The notes under the pieces: model-generated
What the model was told of the DNA's origin: nothing
Seen by the model: the letters and a program-made list of their open reading frames with translations, nothing else
The model's database searches: none
Shown: positions 12,640 through 25,249 of the stretch, piece after piece
Layout of the letters: every line of letters begins with the position of its first letter
Position numbering within the stretch: position 1 is the stretch's first letter
Source: the human T2T-CHM13v2.0 reference genome, Homo sapiens
NCBI RefSeq assembly: GCF_009914755.1
Contig: NC_060931.1
Length of the DNA stretch: 64,000 nt
Strand: one strand, 5' to 3'
Program-made: the position numbers and the translations under genes

Positions 12640-13250
12640 TCCCAGTTTCTATTTGGTTCTCTCCTCAGCCTTCACATGAGCTCAGATTTTTCCATCCTAA
12701 ATATGACTTTGCTCCTTCCTTCCATCTCTTTCTAGGAAAAGTAGTCTCTAGGGGAGCCTTCATTCTACCTCTGATTCATTCCTGCCAGTCTGGTTTATGC
12801 TCTCTCTTAGCACTACTGCACTCTTTAAGGTCACTATGCATGCTAGTGACCAAATTAAATGGCCTCTTTTTCTTTCCTCATACTGATTGATTTCAGTGCC
12901 TTATTTGATATCGTTGATGCACTGTTTATGACTTCAGATTTCTTTTGATCCTAAACAAGGAAAGATCTCCTTTGGAAGTCGTTTCTGTGACACCCCATTT
13001 CCTGGCTCTCTTATTTTTGGGTGGAGTTGCCCATTCAAAGTTCCTGGCCATAGATTCCATTGTTTCTCACTAATATTCTCCTTAGGTGATGGCATAATTA
13101 TCATTGGCCATCTATAGTGTTCCATTATGCACAGTCTGTAGGAGTTGCTAAATAAACATTACCTGAACTTAGTTGCCTTAAGGCACTCTCTAGTCTCCTA
13201 GTCCCAATGAACCACAGCATTATTCCACTATGGAGTTATCACTTAGTTTC
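12640..13250 (+). mobile_element. L2 LINE fragment
   Basis: ccagtctggtttatgctctct...ttcagtgccttatttgata...tgtgacacc...ctcttatttt...ccttaggtgat pattern of the L2 3' region; approximate boundaries. Confidence 0.55.
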
Positions 13251-13404
13251 ATAAATATGTATTATTTAGAACTTCCTACTATCAATTTTGCCTCTGTACC
13301 TAAGGATCTTATGCAGGTAAAGTTAATAATATACCTTATAATTATGATAAATGTATCTGAGTCAGAATCATAACATAATTTGATGAGACATTTTATAAAT
13401 GTGA

Positions 13405-13749
<345 letters not shown>

Positions 13750-13764
13750 ATTTTTGTATTTTTT

Positions 13765-14051
13765 ATTAGAGATGAGGTCTTGCTTTGCTGCCCAAGCTAG
13801 AGTGCAGTGGTGTGATCACAGCTCACTACCACCTCACATTCCTGGGTTCAAGCCATTTTCCCGTCTTGTCTCGGTCTCCCAAGTAGCTGGGACTACAGGC
13901 ATGCGCCACAGCGCCCAGCTGTTTAAATTTTTTGTAGAGATGGAGGTCTTGCCATCTTGTCTAGGTTGGTTTTGAACTCCTGGGCTCAAGCTGTTTTCCC
14001 ACCTTGGTTTCCCAAATGCTGAGATTATAGGCATGAGCCACAGCGCCAAGC
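13765..14051 (-). mobile_element. AluJ-like element
   Basis: Diverged dimer with gatcacagctcact and gaactcctgggctcaag J-type features. Confidence 0.85.
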
Positions 14052-15204
14052 AAGATATATTTATTTTAAATGCAGTCATGATTTTCCAGAATATTCTGAT
14101 AACTTGTGTGGACATTCAACCAACTATTTGGATTGGTTCTTTTCTTCAAAATGTGAATTGCACAGTAACGTAATATACCCCAACTATATTATAACTTTTG
14201 TCTTCTAAGTAATGTATTTTTTAAAAAGGTAAAAACTATTACTTTGCATATATGTCAAAGTAATCTAAACTACTGGGCCATTCTCCTTCTCTTGTTTTTA
14301 AATGAAGTGCATTCAGAATCTGAGATTTTTAAGACATGTGCTTTTTGTGACCAGTAAGCTGAGATTTAAAATTCCAAATTAAATCTTGATTTCATTTTGC
14401 AACTGTAATTACTAGGTCCCATTTTCTCTCTGGGCATAAGATAATGTTTTAAAAAAATTGCAAAGATTTAGCAGCCAGTATAGAGGAATAATCATGCTGT
14501 AAAATTTTTAGACAAAGCTAAACAAATACTTTAGACATTATTTTAGGAGAAAACACTAAATAATATCTTCCATATTTTCTACATATCCCCCCAAAAATGA
14601 CATGGAAACTTACAGAATGAAATGATCTCAGGCACATATATTCTTCAAGGGGTGTTAGAACATGCTGAGATGGATAATGAGCTGTCATCATGGAAACACT
14701 CTGGAGATGTGTGCTGTGAGCCCACAGCCCTGAAATAGTGCTACTATTATAAAACACTATTTTCCGCAATTGTTTGAGTATTCTGGCTTTCAATCTGGTG
14801 GTCTGATTAGCTGTTTAAAGCATTTTCATCACCAATTCTAAGAGCAAAAAAAATTAAATCTTCTTTTTCCTCCAACATTTGTACAATAATGTTAAATATT
14901 TTAGCCTAAACCAAAATTAGTGTTTTCGAAATGGTTAAGTAAAAAATAAAATTTCCTTTTAAGCAAATTAATTGGTGTATTACTGAAAGCTCTTAAAATT
15001 AAAATATGATATTTTAGCCTAATTTAAAATCTTATTGAAATATAGTATTTTATAATTGGCATGGTTTAAAAAAATTAAGTTGATATAGATATTTACTTGA
15101 TTTGAAAAGAATTTCATTCTATGTTAGCAACATTTCTAATCCGTTCTTTGGAAATGTCTAAATTGCAAATCTCTTGAGACCTTCTAGCTTCTTATTTGTA
15201 TCTA

Positions 15205-15522
15205 GTCTAGTGTTATTCAATGCAAATAAAATGTAAGCCACATAAGTAATTTAACATTTTCTAGTAGCCACATTTTAGAAAACAAAACAGATGAAATAAA
15301 TTTTCATAATATATTTTGTTTAACTTAGTATATGCAAAATATTATTTCAACATAAATCAATATAAAATAATTAATGAAATCTTTCTTTTTTGTTTGGGTA
15401 CTGTCTTTGAAATCCAGTGTGGATTTTACACATATATTACAGCATATCTAACTTTAGAACAGCCACATTTCAAGTGCTCAATAGCCACATGTAGCTAGTG
15501 GCTACTGTATTACACAGCACGG
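15205..15522. mobile_element. MER33-like hAT-Charlie DNA transposon
   Basis: ttttctagtagccacatttt...agccacatttcaagtgctcaatagccacatgtagctagtggctactgtatt; about 320 bp. Confidence 0.75.
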
Positions 15523-15813
15523 ACCTAGTCAGTCTGATGGCTCTCTTTGGCAGCTGTTTTTAATCCAGCCTTTTACTAGAGTATTTTATGAAAGAAATTC
15601 ATGAATATGACTGTTTTCCTTTGTCTTTTGTTGGCAGGCATTTAGGCTCACCATGATGAGACTTGCTGTCTACCTTGAATACATGTTTTATGTAGGTGAC
15701 TAAAGTAGCACAGCGATTATATACTAGGAAACTGATACTATCAGAAGAATGATTTGTTACACAAAATGGAAGACGTTTTGTTCACAGAACTGTGAGTACT
15801 GAACAATACTTGC

Positions 15814-15855
15814 CAGAGGAATCCATTCGAAAACTGGTCCTGGGTGGCACTTGTT
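15814..15855 (-). CDS. MAGI2: MAGI2 42-nt symmetric exon, QQVPPRTSFRMDSS, with GC 5' splice site
   Basis: Minus strand reads ccccattttcccatccag|AACAAGTGCCACCCAGGACCAGTTTTCGAATGGATTCCTCTG|gcaagt. Phase 1-1; links ...ESR to GPDY... in frame. Absent from the ORF track. Confidence 0.9.
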
Positions 15856-18800
15856 CTGGATGGGAAAATGGGGAATTAAAGTTGAAATTCATTTATGGCA
15901 TTTTAAAATTCATCTTTACTTTCTTTTTGTTGCTATCATAACTCCCCCAACCACAATCTCATACTTATGTTTAAGACTTTTTTTTTCCTCTAAGATCCAA
16001 GTTAGTGGACAAATTTACCCTGCTTTACGTATGAGCGTGTATGTAAATATGTTTCTTTTACATGCATCCAAAATAGAAAAATCTGAATTTCTTTTTAGAT
16101 CAGGGTGGAATAAGATTACCATTTCTAAATATTAAGTTTTGATTTTCATTATAAGAATACTTATTTGAAAGTAAAGTCAATCTAGAACCTGAAAGGTATA
16201 CAGAAAATATAGGTCCTTTAAAATTAGGTTATAATTTTGTGTCATAAAACGTTGAAATGAAAAGTGGAAAATCCAATCAATGATTGTATTGATTTATGTA
16301 CACTAGTCCAAATATTTTGATATTTCCAATTATCTGGGTAGTTGAAATTATGTATAAGTAGTTGAGTTAAATTGGTTTATTTTAGCAATAGAGATCCTTT
16401 ATAAGAATTATGATATAATCTATGCTACTTCTAATAACATAAAAATTCAAAAAAGTGAGTGTAAAACACCTTTAAAATGTAGGCATAGCCCACATTTAGA
16501 ATTCTAGAACCTAGAACAACCTGGTTGCATACTGGGTTCTGGAAGTATTGGGAGACATGTTGCTCTCATACATGAACATTTTTCAGGGGTAGGCAAGGCT
16601 CCAATTGATTGACATGCTTCCTCCTACTCTACATGGTGGAGATGTGCAACTCCTTACTGCATGTTTGAGAAATGCAGACTTTCACCATGTCTTTATCTGG
16701 AACTGCTAAATGTGAAGAAGAACATAATTAAATTGTCCCTTGATTTTCATTCTGCCTTCTAAATCCCTGGTCTTACTATCATAGAGGCATTAATAGAGTG
16801 ACAGAGATGCAAGGCACCTTTCATTCCACAGATGGTTAAGACCCAAAATGCTAAGTGACTTGCATAAGGTATTCTATACTATCTCACAAGAAACTCTTCA
16901 AGATCCTTTTTCGAAAACATACTTATTATATCTAAGTTTTAAACTTAATTAGAATGCATTATCCAATAAAACACTTTCTTATTTCATTTTAGTATTATTA
17001 TGAATAAATAATACACTCTTTTCTGAACATGCTATACATTTTTTCCTAATATCTCCAGAAATTCTTCCTATTCCTTCATGGTTCTGTCAGTAGAGAATTT
17101 CCTAAACCACACAACTGGGTTTAATAAGAGATGGGCAGAAGGCACATGTATGCAAACCTCTGGTCAAGAAATACTCAAGAAGCTAAAGATCTACGTTAAG
17201 ATATGCTGAGTTACTTCTATCTGAGAGAATGGCAGGATATTTTTGCCCCTGTGATGAATTTCATGTTAAGTTTACCATATTGTTTTGCTTTAGAATCATG
17301 TAAGGAATTACAGATAAAAATTAACTAAACATTACTAAACGTCTCTAAAACATAAATTCACATTGTAGGTAGAAGAACTGTAAGATATTCTTGCAAGAAC
17401 CACTCCTCCCACACATTTAGGCTTCAATATGTAAATTAGTTGTTGCTTGGAAGAAATTTCATACCATTATTATTATTTTGGTCTATAAAATTATATATTT
17501 ATGATATATAATCATCAATCATATGCGATTATTCCTTAAGAGCATTTACAGAGGAGGCAACTTACAGTTTTGAAAGGCAGAGAATAAGAATATAGTACAA
17601 TAGAACCTCCCCCATTCTGAATGTTTTAAGATGACATAATTTTATAAGATAGTTGTACCATATAAGGCTCACATAATACCAAAAAAATGAGTATTTTATC
17701 CTTAAATTTTAAAAATTAAAATAAGACCAAAGTCTGGTTGCTTTTTCATTGAGTTTTGTTTCAAATAAAGAGCCAGTTGGCTCATGGAGAGCATAACAAT
17801 CATTCCTGCCAGGTAAGCTGTGTTTTCCCAGTAAAGGCAAATTAGCTTTCTGGCACAATTGTTATTTTTTAAGAACTTTCATGTTTGGTGTGGCTGCTTA
17901 GGATTATGACTTGAGAAATGTCCTTTTGTCTGTATGAGGGATGGAAGACTGCTACCTTCGAAACGCTTCCATTAGGTATAAAGCTGACATTTTATGTTAT
18001 ACTCTCATGAGGACCTACTTGCCATCTAGCACTTAAACTCTATAGCCCTGATGGTCTCATATTAATTCATGAATATACATTGGGTTACATTGTCAACTTG
18101 TGCAACCAACAAAATGCTTTGATATATTAAATAACTTTCAATCAAGAGCTGATTTTTAGAGTTTACTTTTTACTCCTCCCCCTGCCTTTATCCCTTAATT
18201 CCAGGATCTTTTAGTTTTAAATTACTAAATGAAATAAATTTATCAGCTCTAGGATTGGATCTAATTTCTAAAATACATGGGAAAAATATGTGTCCTACCA
18301 CAACTTTTATTTTGCTATCTCTATATTACTTAGCTCATACCATGGTAATTTCCTGTTTCAAAAGGAACTTGTTGGAAATATAAACGTTACCACAGTTTCT
18401 TAGAAAGCTATCTGAGGATACCTTTTTAAAATTAGATTTCCAAATTAATTAAAATCTACATATTAAAATGGCAGACACAGCTTAACCGGATTTACTGATC
18501 TTCATATCAATATAACGGCAAAGTAATGCACAATGTGATATATTAGAAAATCCAGCTGAAAGGCAAATTTTTTTCACAGATCAAATCATAACATACATTA
18601 TACTAAGGATAACAATAATGCTTTTCCCATGAGAAAAGGTTGCAGAAAATCTCTCAGTACAATTGAGGACATTTAAAATGATAACATTGTTACATCTTTT
18701 TCTATCCTTTTATTTTTCTAATGCTAGAGTCACTGGTAAAAGTGTTTTAACATTTATTTATCACCTTATTTTAATATTTCACTAAAGTAAGATTGTGTTC

Positions 18801-20637
18801 CAGAGAACATACGTGGGGGGTACTTTAATGCCATCGGACACCAGCAGTGTTCAAGCAAATCAGGCTGGGGCTTGATCTAGCACAGTGTTCACATGTGAGG
18901 GTGTTTTCTGGGAAGGCATGATGGCCTTTCATGATCACCTAATAGCTGCCTGTAGCTATGGCATCCATGAATTTATTTAAACCTTTGTGAAACTTTTTGA
19001 TATTTCCAGCTTGGCTCAATTGGGTATTTAATTACGTGGGAAAAGGAGACTTGGAGTCAGGAAGGCTTGAGCTGAAAGATTTCCACAGGCTTCAGAGCTC
19101 TGGTTTTGAGCACCCTAGACAGATACTACCATATATGATGCGGCTTCCCCCATCACTTTTCATTTAGAGATTCAAGCGGTGTTCTGTGGTGAATAATACG
19201 ATTACAGTACCCCATCCTTTCAAGTGGCTCTGCTGTTAGGATGGGAGACAGTGCAAACTACAACTCTTGCTCACTAATAACAAGGAAAGAGCAGCAGAAA
19301 ACCTGGTAGTTTAGAAATACAACCACCCGTTTGTGATCAGCCATGAATTACATGTGTATTACAATACTGAACAACGAAAGAATTCAATAATCAAAGAACA
19401 ACAAAAGAGCAGGACAACAGCCATAGATGTGAAAAACATAACTGTCCGTTTTTGATCTGCCACAAATGATAATTTCATTTCATATATAGTACTAAAAAAC
19501 AGTTTGCTTCTCCATTATACTCTTGACCTGGCGTGTGATCACTTTTGATTGCTACCTTTGCTATGATACTCATCGCTTATTATTCTAATTCTGGAAAGGA
19601 AAATTGATTGTGTGAGCTCTTTTGAAGACATTTCAGAGAAATTTCTGTTCTAAAGAGGTTATACCATAAGGCACATTACACCATACGGATCCTTGACATT
19701 TTTATGATTCTACATTTGAGTGATGTCTTACCACAAAGGAGTGTGGACATGGTGTACCTCATAAATTGTTTACTTATAATAACCAAAGTTCAATGTGAAG
19801 AGAAAAAAGTTTGAACAACTTCAGTCATAATTCAACTTGGGTTTAAACCAAGGGACAGAACCCTGAGGGAAGAGTTTCAGGAAATAAGAATTTTTCTTTT
19901 CCATTCCTGGTTGTATCTGCTTATTGCTCCAGCTTTCAAGGCTGCAGTGTGGAACAGGCCCAAGAAATGTCCCCATGAGCTGAATGATAAGACAAGCCCT
20001 TAGAGTAAGACTAGCTTAAAGAAAAGTGAAGCAACAGGACAAGGCCCTCTATCCTGTATCAACACACCCATCAGAATGATCAAGACTGAATTTCATAAGA
20101 TTCCAAAGTGAGCAACATTCATTTTCTTTGGGAAGCACCTTATACTGCCTTGCCTATCACAGTTCCTCTTTTTAGTACCAGTATCTAGCTGTAGTTATCT
20201 AACTATAATCTTTCCCAGAAGAAGAAGACAGATGAGATTAACTAACTTTCAGTTTGGTGATTATTGTGATGTTGAACCTGACTTATTTTCTATATTAAGA
20301 AAGAAGACTCCATGGCATAGTACTTAAATGTGGGAAACCTTACTACCTATTTTTTTCTACTTCATTTGCCATGCACTAGATTTGTACATATGTCTAACTT
20401 TCTGGGTTTGGAAGGAGTTTACTGGGAGTTTGGCTACTAACACAAGTCACTAATAAGCCTTTACCTCAAATTAGGGATAAAATATGTATAGGCAAACATT
20501 GTATCAGCCAAATAAATTAGCTTGAAAAAATTATTTATCTGAGTAGGTATTACACTTTTTATTCATAATGTGTACATTTAGAGATATGCTTTTCTTGAAC
20601 AGTAATGATGATTATTCCTTGAATAGAGTATATAAAA

Positions 20638-20765
20638 AAGGAAAATTTTATAATTTATCATTCAAATGATGAGAGTCTAGGGTGGTGAAAAGTGAACTAT
20701 TGATAATCACGCCAGGACAGCACAGACAAGGATTGTCCAGGAAACTTCCATGTGTAGTCACCCTA
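20638..20765. mobile_element. MER94/MER81-like hAT-Blackjack remnant
   Basis: tataatttatc...ctattgataatcacgccaggacag...gtagtcacccta terminus. Confidence 0.5.
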
Positions 20766-23700
20766 GATAGTCTTATAAGTAACTAGGCCAGTAATAGAAG
20801 ATTTCCTATCAAATCAGAAATAAGTGGTGGACGCAAGGATGCAGTCACACATAGAGAAAGAAGGGCAGGAGGAGATGAGGGGGAGAAAACACTAAGGGCC
20901 CTTAGAACTACTTTTCTCCAAGGTTAGAAATGGCATATGTAGTCCAGCATTAGGAATATTAGCATACAAACAAGAACATTCAAGCCATTCCTGTTGTGAC
21001 TGTAAAACAAATTCAAGTCCTTCCTTTATGAGATTCTCGGGAAAAAGACAGAGAAAAGAGAAGTAAAACATAGCACGGCTTGTCCCACTATGGAAAGGTA
21101 TTTTCTTTTGTTTTCAATTTTCAAAATTGCAAGTAGTGGGGACATCAAGAAGTCTGTTATCAACAGAGACTATTATCACATACAGAATAGTCACGTTTGT
21201 CTAAAAATCTTTGGTAGAGATGGAAGTTGGGGAGATTTTTGTTCTTTTCTGGGAATTGGTAGTAATGACTTAGGGTCAGTGTTTAAATAATTAATATGAA
21301 GATCCAGAAGGCCCATTGATTAAAACTTTTTTAGGGACTTTTTGGGCAGAGTTATACTTTTATATATGTAAGTTTAAGCTTATATGGAATTAAGTTAGTG
21401 GGGAAATAATTCTTTTTTTTTTTGCACAGAGTTCTCCAGCAAGGATTAATGAAATTTTGATAATGTAAAGGTACTTAACACATAATATTGTCTTGATTGA
21501 ATATGAATTTTCACATGGAAGTTGAGAAACTCTCAGTATTTAGTTATTTTTACTGCACAATTTCACACATTAAAATATTGATATTATTTGCTGTGTTGTG
21601 TAATGGAGCCTTGTTCAGAAATCGTTTTTCTATGTGTTGTGTGTTTGTTTGTGTCCTCAACTTCATTGTAAGCTTCTAATGAGCAGAGGTTATTTTTCAT
21701 AACTTCTCTTGTGGAGTGCCTTGCAGAGTTCTAGACACATAGCGAGTGTTTCATATATTCTTGTTGATTGATGTGGAGCCTGGAGTTGCCACCTCTGGGC
21801 ACTGAGCCTAATGCTCTGAAATCAGAGGCGCTGCCAGCCTGCTGGGTGGGAGAATCTTCCTGTCTCTGTCCTGCTCCATTCCCAGCTCATCTTGAGATCT
21901 CATGAAGATAGGAGGTGTTTCCTATCACAGCATGTACCTGTCATGTTCTGTTTCACGTGGCCGTAGTATCCTATGATCATCTTCATTTGTTTAAAATCAC
22001 AGCTTTTTTTTTCAGGAATACGTCTTTATTAAGATGTCCTGTGCATGCACATTAAAATGTCAGCATAATCGAATTATAAGTCAAATGAGGCATGGCAGCA
22101 TTTACATCATTTGATAAATTTCCATCATTTGTAGGGGACTGGTGACTTGAATCCAAATATTTCTTGACAGCCTTGACAGAACAAACGTTCTGTAGCTCTG
22201 TACAGCTCAGGCTTGTGGGTGGAGGGGCGTCTTTTTATTTGGCAACTGCAACCCAGTTTTGAAAGTGAATGCAAAAATCTCTTTAGCTTTAGACCTGGTT
22301 GTAAGGAAGGACACCATGAGATCACTATAGGCTAGGGGAAATGTCAAAGGACTTAGTTTAAACAGCTCTGGTTAGGATTCTTTTCCACACCTTCCCTGGT
22401 TGCACTGATTTTCCCCCCCCCAGGAAAAGACACAAGAATAAATAGAGCCAAACCTAAATGTTATGCATGTGATTCAAAGGAATAAGAATAGGAATGGTTC
22501 ATAATCACGAATTTTGAAATATTGATCTTTTGTTTCGTTATATACATTTTATGATCATTGCATTAAAAAAACCTATTGGAAGATGATGAGAAACAGACTG
22601 AGCTTTCCAATCATTAATTAAAATCTTTTTCTTTTAGTACTGCTTTAAACATTTACATGAGAAAATAAAACTTGGAAATGGAAATGTACAGGAGGGCAAA
22701 AGGCTGTCTTTTTTTTTTTTTTTTTAAGACACTCACATATCCACAAGCAGAGCGAACTGATCAGCTATTCAGAGAGACTAGAGAAAGTGGCGCCATGCTC
22801 TCCTGGTTTCCTTAATCTTCAGTGGTAGAGCTTTTCTTACCTTGACATAGTTTCTATGTTTCATTTACACTCCATTTAGTGTTATGAAGAAATGTGATAG
22901 AAAAGAGAAGGATAGGAAAGGAAATGAGCTTGTCCTCTTTTGGCTTTCTGAGATTTTTGACCCTGAAAACATTACTGTGACCTTAGAAACATTAGAGAGA
23001 GCTGATGAAAGCAGGAAGGGGTTGTGATGAGGCAGCAGCAGCAGCGGCACAGGGAGAGCACCGATGAGGGGCCCACGGTGGGGTGAGGTGGGGAGTCAGG
23101 ATGTTTGCTGTCCCTGCGGCTGTAGAGGGAAAGGGCGATGAAGAGCTACCAGAGGAGAACTGAAAAAGAAAGCTCTGGAGGTTAAGGTGGACTGGTTTGC
23201 TTGGTTTGTTACAGGTGAGGAGGGGAAAGGCAAGGAACAGAAACAGTATTGCAGGGGCTGGATAAAGAAATAATTGTTTTAGAGTTGAGAGAGCATCATG
23301 TACAAGAAACTGAGGGCACAATGGTATCAGACAACCATAAAGAGAAAACTGGAGATAAATACCAACATTGTTTTTGTCCTGAATCACAAAGCTTTGCATT
23401 GGCTAGGAAATTGCAAAAAAGATGGAAGTGAATGATGAAGGAAGAGGCAAAAAGCAGGAGGAAGCATCTCTTAATGCTCCCTAAATGCAACCACAAAATT
23501 AAGCCAAGGAGGTGAGGATGATATTTTAATCCTATGCACTTCCAACTTGCATCTTAGAACTGTTAACTTTATCTTACTCTCTATTTGTTTACATTCATTA
23601 TTCTTATTTCCCCAGTTAAATGTGTGAGAGCAGGGCATATTACTCATCTTTGGTATCTCCTCACAGTGCTGACAGCAAAATGGGCATTCCATCAATACTT

Positions 23701-25059
23701 GGTTATCAAAGCAGAAAAGGTATTAGAAACTGGGCTGAAATCTTTTCAATTTTTTTTCAGTTTAATGAACATTAATACCCTGAATTCATACTCTATATTA
23801 TGTAGCTAAGAATGCCTAATTTGTTCTTACTCTGCTACAGCAAAGACATTCTAATGATACAACCTAAAAATATTTCATTTGTTCATCCAGAAGGAGAGGA
23901 ATGAAATACAGTAGCTCTGATGTAGCCGCTTCTTTAAAAAAAAAAAGTATATGTGGGTTTCAGGTTGGGGGATGTTTCATTTTGACATTAATGATTTCTC
24001 AATGGCTTGCCATCCTAACTATTTTTCAACCAAAATTAGTTCTACAAAGAGTTGTAGAGGATAGGGAAAAGGTATTATGTCTGCTTTCCCCTTTACCAGC
24101 TGGGTGCATAATTCTCAGCCCCTGAGCTCATCAAAAGAGTAAGCAGATTTGAGATCCTCTGAGATCACACACAATTTAAAACTTGCTATTCATGCTACGG
24201 ATGATAAAGTTGGAAACAAGACATTGATGGAACACTGAAGCAAAGGAAATCAGCAGACCGTAATGGGAGCGCCAGGGACCAAACTCTTCTACGAGGCTGG
24301 GTTTCCTGATCATTTAATACACAGATTCTTCTGATACTGTGAGATTCCTGTCCTCTAACATGTGGAGATGACTTGCAAGATGGTAGAAAGAAGCACAACA
24401 ATGGTGCAAGCAATATCAAAAGCCTTGTTTTCTAATGTTTATAAAGTACAACAATTTTAAAAGACCTTCAGATAGGGTGACAAGTGCATACACGATATTT
24501 TAAGACTGAATGTTCAAATGTGCCTGACTGCACTGAAGGAGAAGCAGAAAACTGTGGCAGAGATGATTGGCACCTAGATCAGTACTGCATTCGAAACCAA
24601 TTGATTTCATGCTTGTGAGCTGGGAAGGCTTGGCTGACATTTTACTCAAGGTCCTAACTTTTTAAATGGCTATATTCAAGGCTCTAAGAAAGATCTATGC
24701 TTTAGGCTCAAGATCAGATTAAACAGATTAAAAAAAAAGCCAAACACTTCTTTTCTGTATTTGGTAACCTAAACAAAACCAGCAACCTCACCCCCCAACC
24801 CCCAAAAATATATTCCCGATTTTCTTCAGGAGATTAGGGGAAGAAAAGTAGGAGATAAAATATAAGGCAAAAGATATAATAAACCGACTTTTAGAGTCAA
24901 CAGGCTTTCTAAGATAATTTTAGACCAGCTGGCTCTGCTCTTGAAACACTTTTGAAACTCAGAATATAAAACCATGCCAGATCATTCAGCCTCAATATAT
25001 CTCCTGGCAGGGCCTCAGCTATTATTAATGTACCCTTGTTTCATGTGGCTTTCACTTAC

Positions 25060-25249
25060 GCCTACTTTCATAAATGGCCCTAGATTTCTCGTAGAGCTCA
25101 TATGGATCAGGCTTCCGTGGGTCAAAGGCCTCTGTTGAGTCAGGAAAGGAGCTCCTGTGAAGGGCAGGTGGGAAGGGCAGGTTCTGCGGTATGGCCGGAG
25201 CAGATAAACTCGTTTGAGGACTGCCTTGATTCTCCCATCGGTCCATTAT
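25060..25249 (-). CDS. MAGI2: MAGI2 190-nt coding exon, IMDRWENQGSPQ...PDPYELYEKSRAIYESR (inter-PDZ linker)
   Basis: Acceptor ctctgtcacttttcag|ATA ATG GAC; donor AGGC|gtaagt; corresponds to ORF 25052..25246; recognised MAGI2 peptide. Confidence 0.96.

Noticed and set aside
21785-21802. CTCF-like gcccagaggtggcaac
   Set aside because: Three mismatches in the core.
22835-22965. Strong minus-strand donor AAG|gtaaga as a cryptic exon or recursive splice site
   Set aside because: No convincing acceptor with a pyrimidine tract at a suitable distance, and not a YAG|GT recursive configuration.
23030-23140. Short (GCA)n run and G-rich patch as a triplet-repeat locus or G-quadruplex
   Set aside because: Only about 4 units, and only three runs of three or more G close together; not a CpG island.
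25060-25066. Possible in-frame alternative donor AAA|gtaggc 6 nt upstream of the main donor
   Set aside because: Much weaker match to U1 than the adjacent gtaagt; no supporting evidence.
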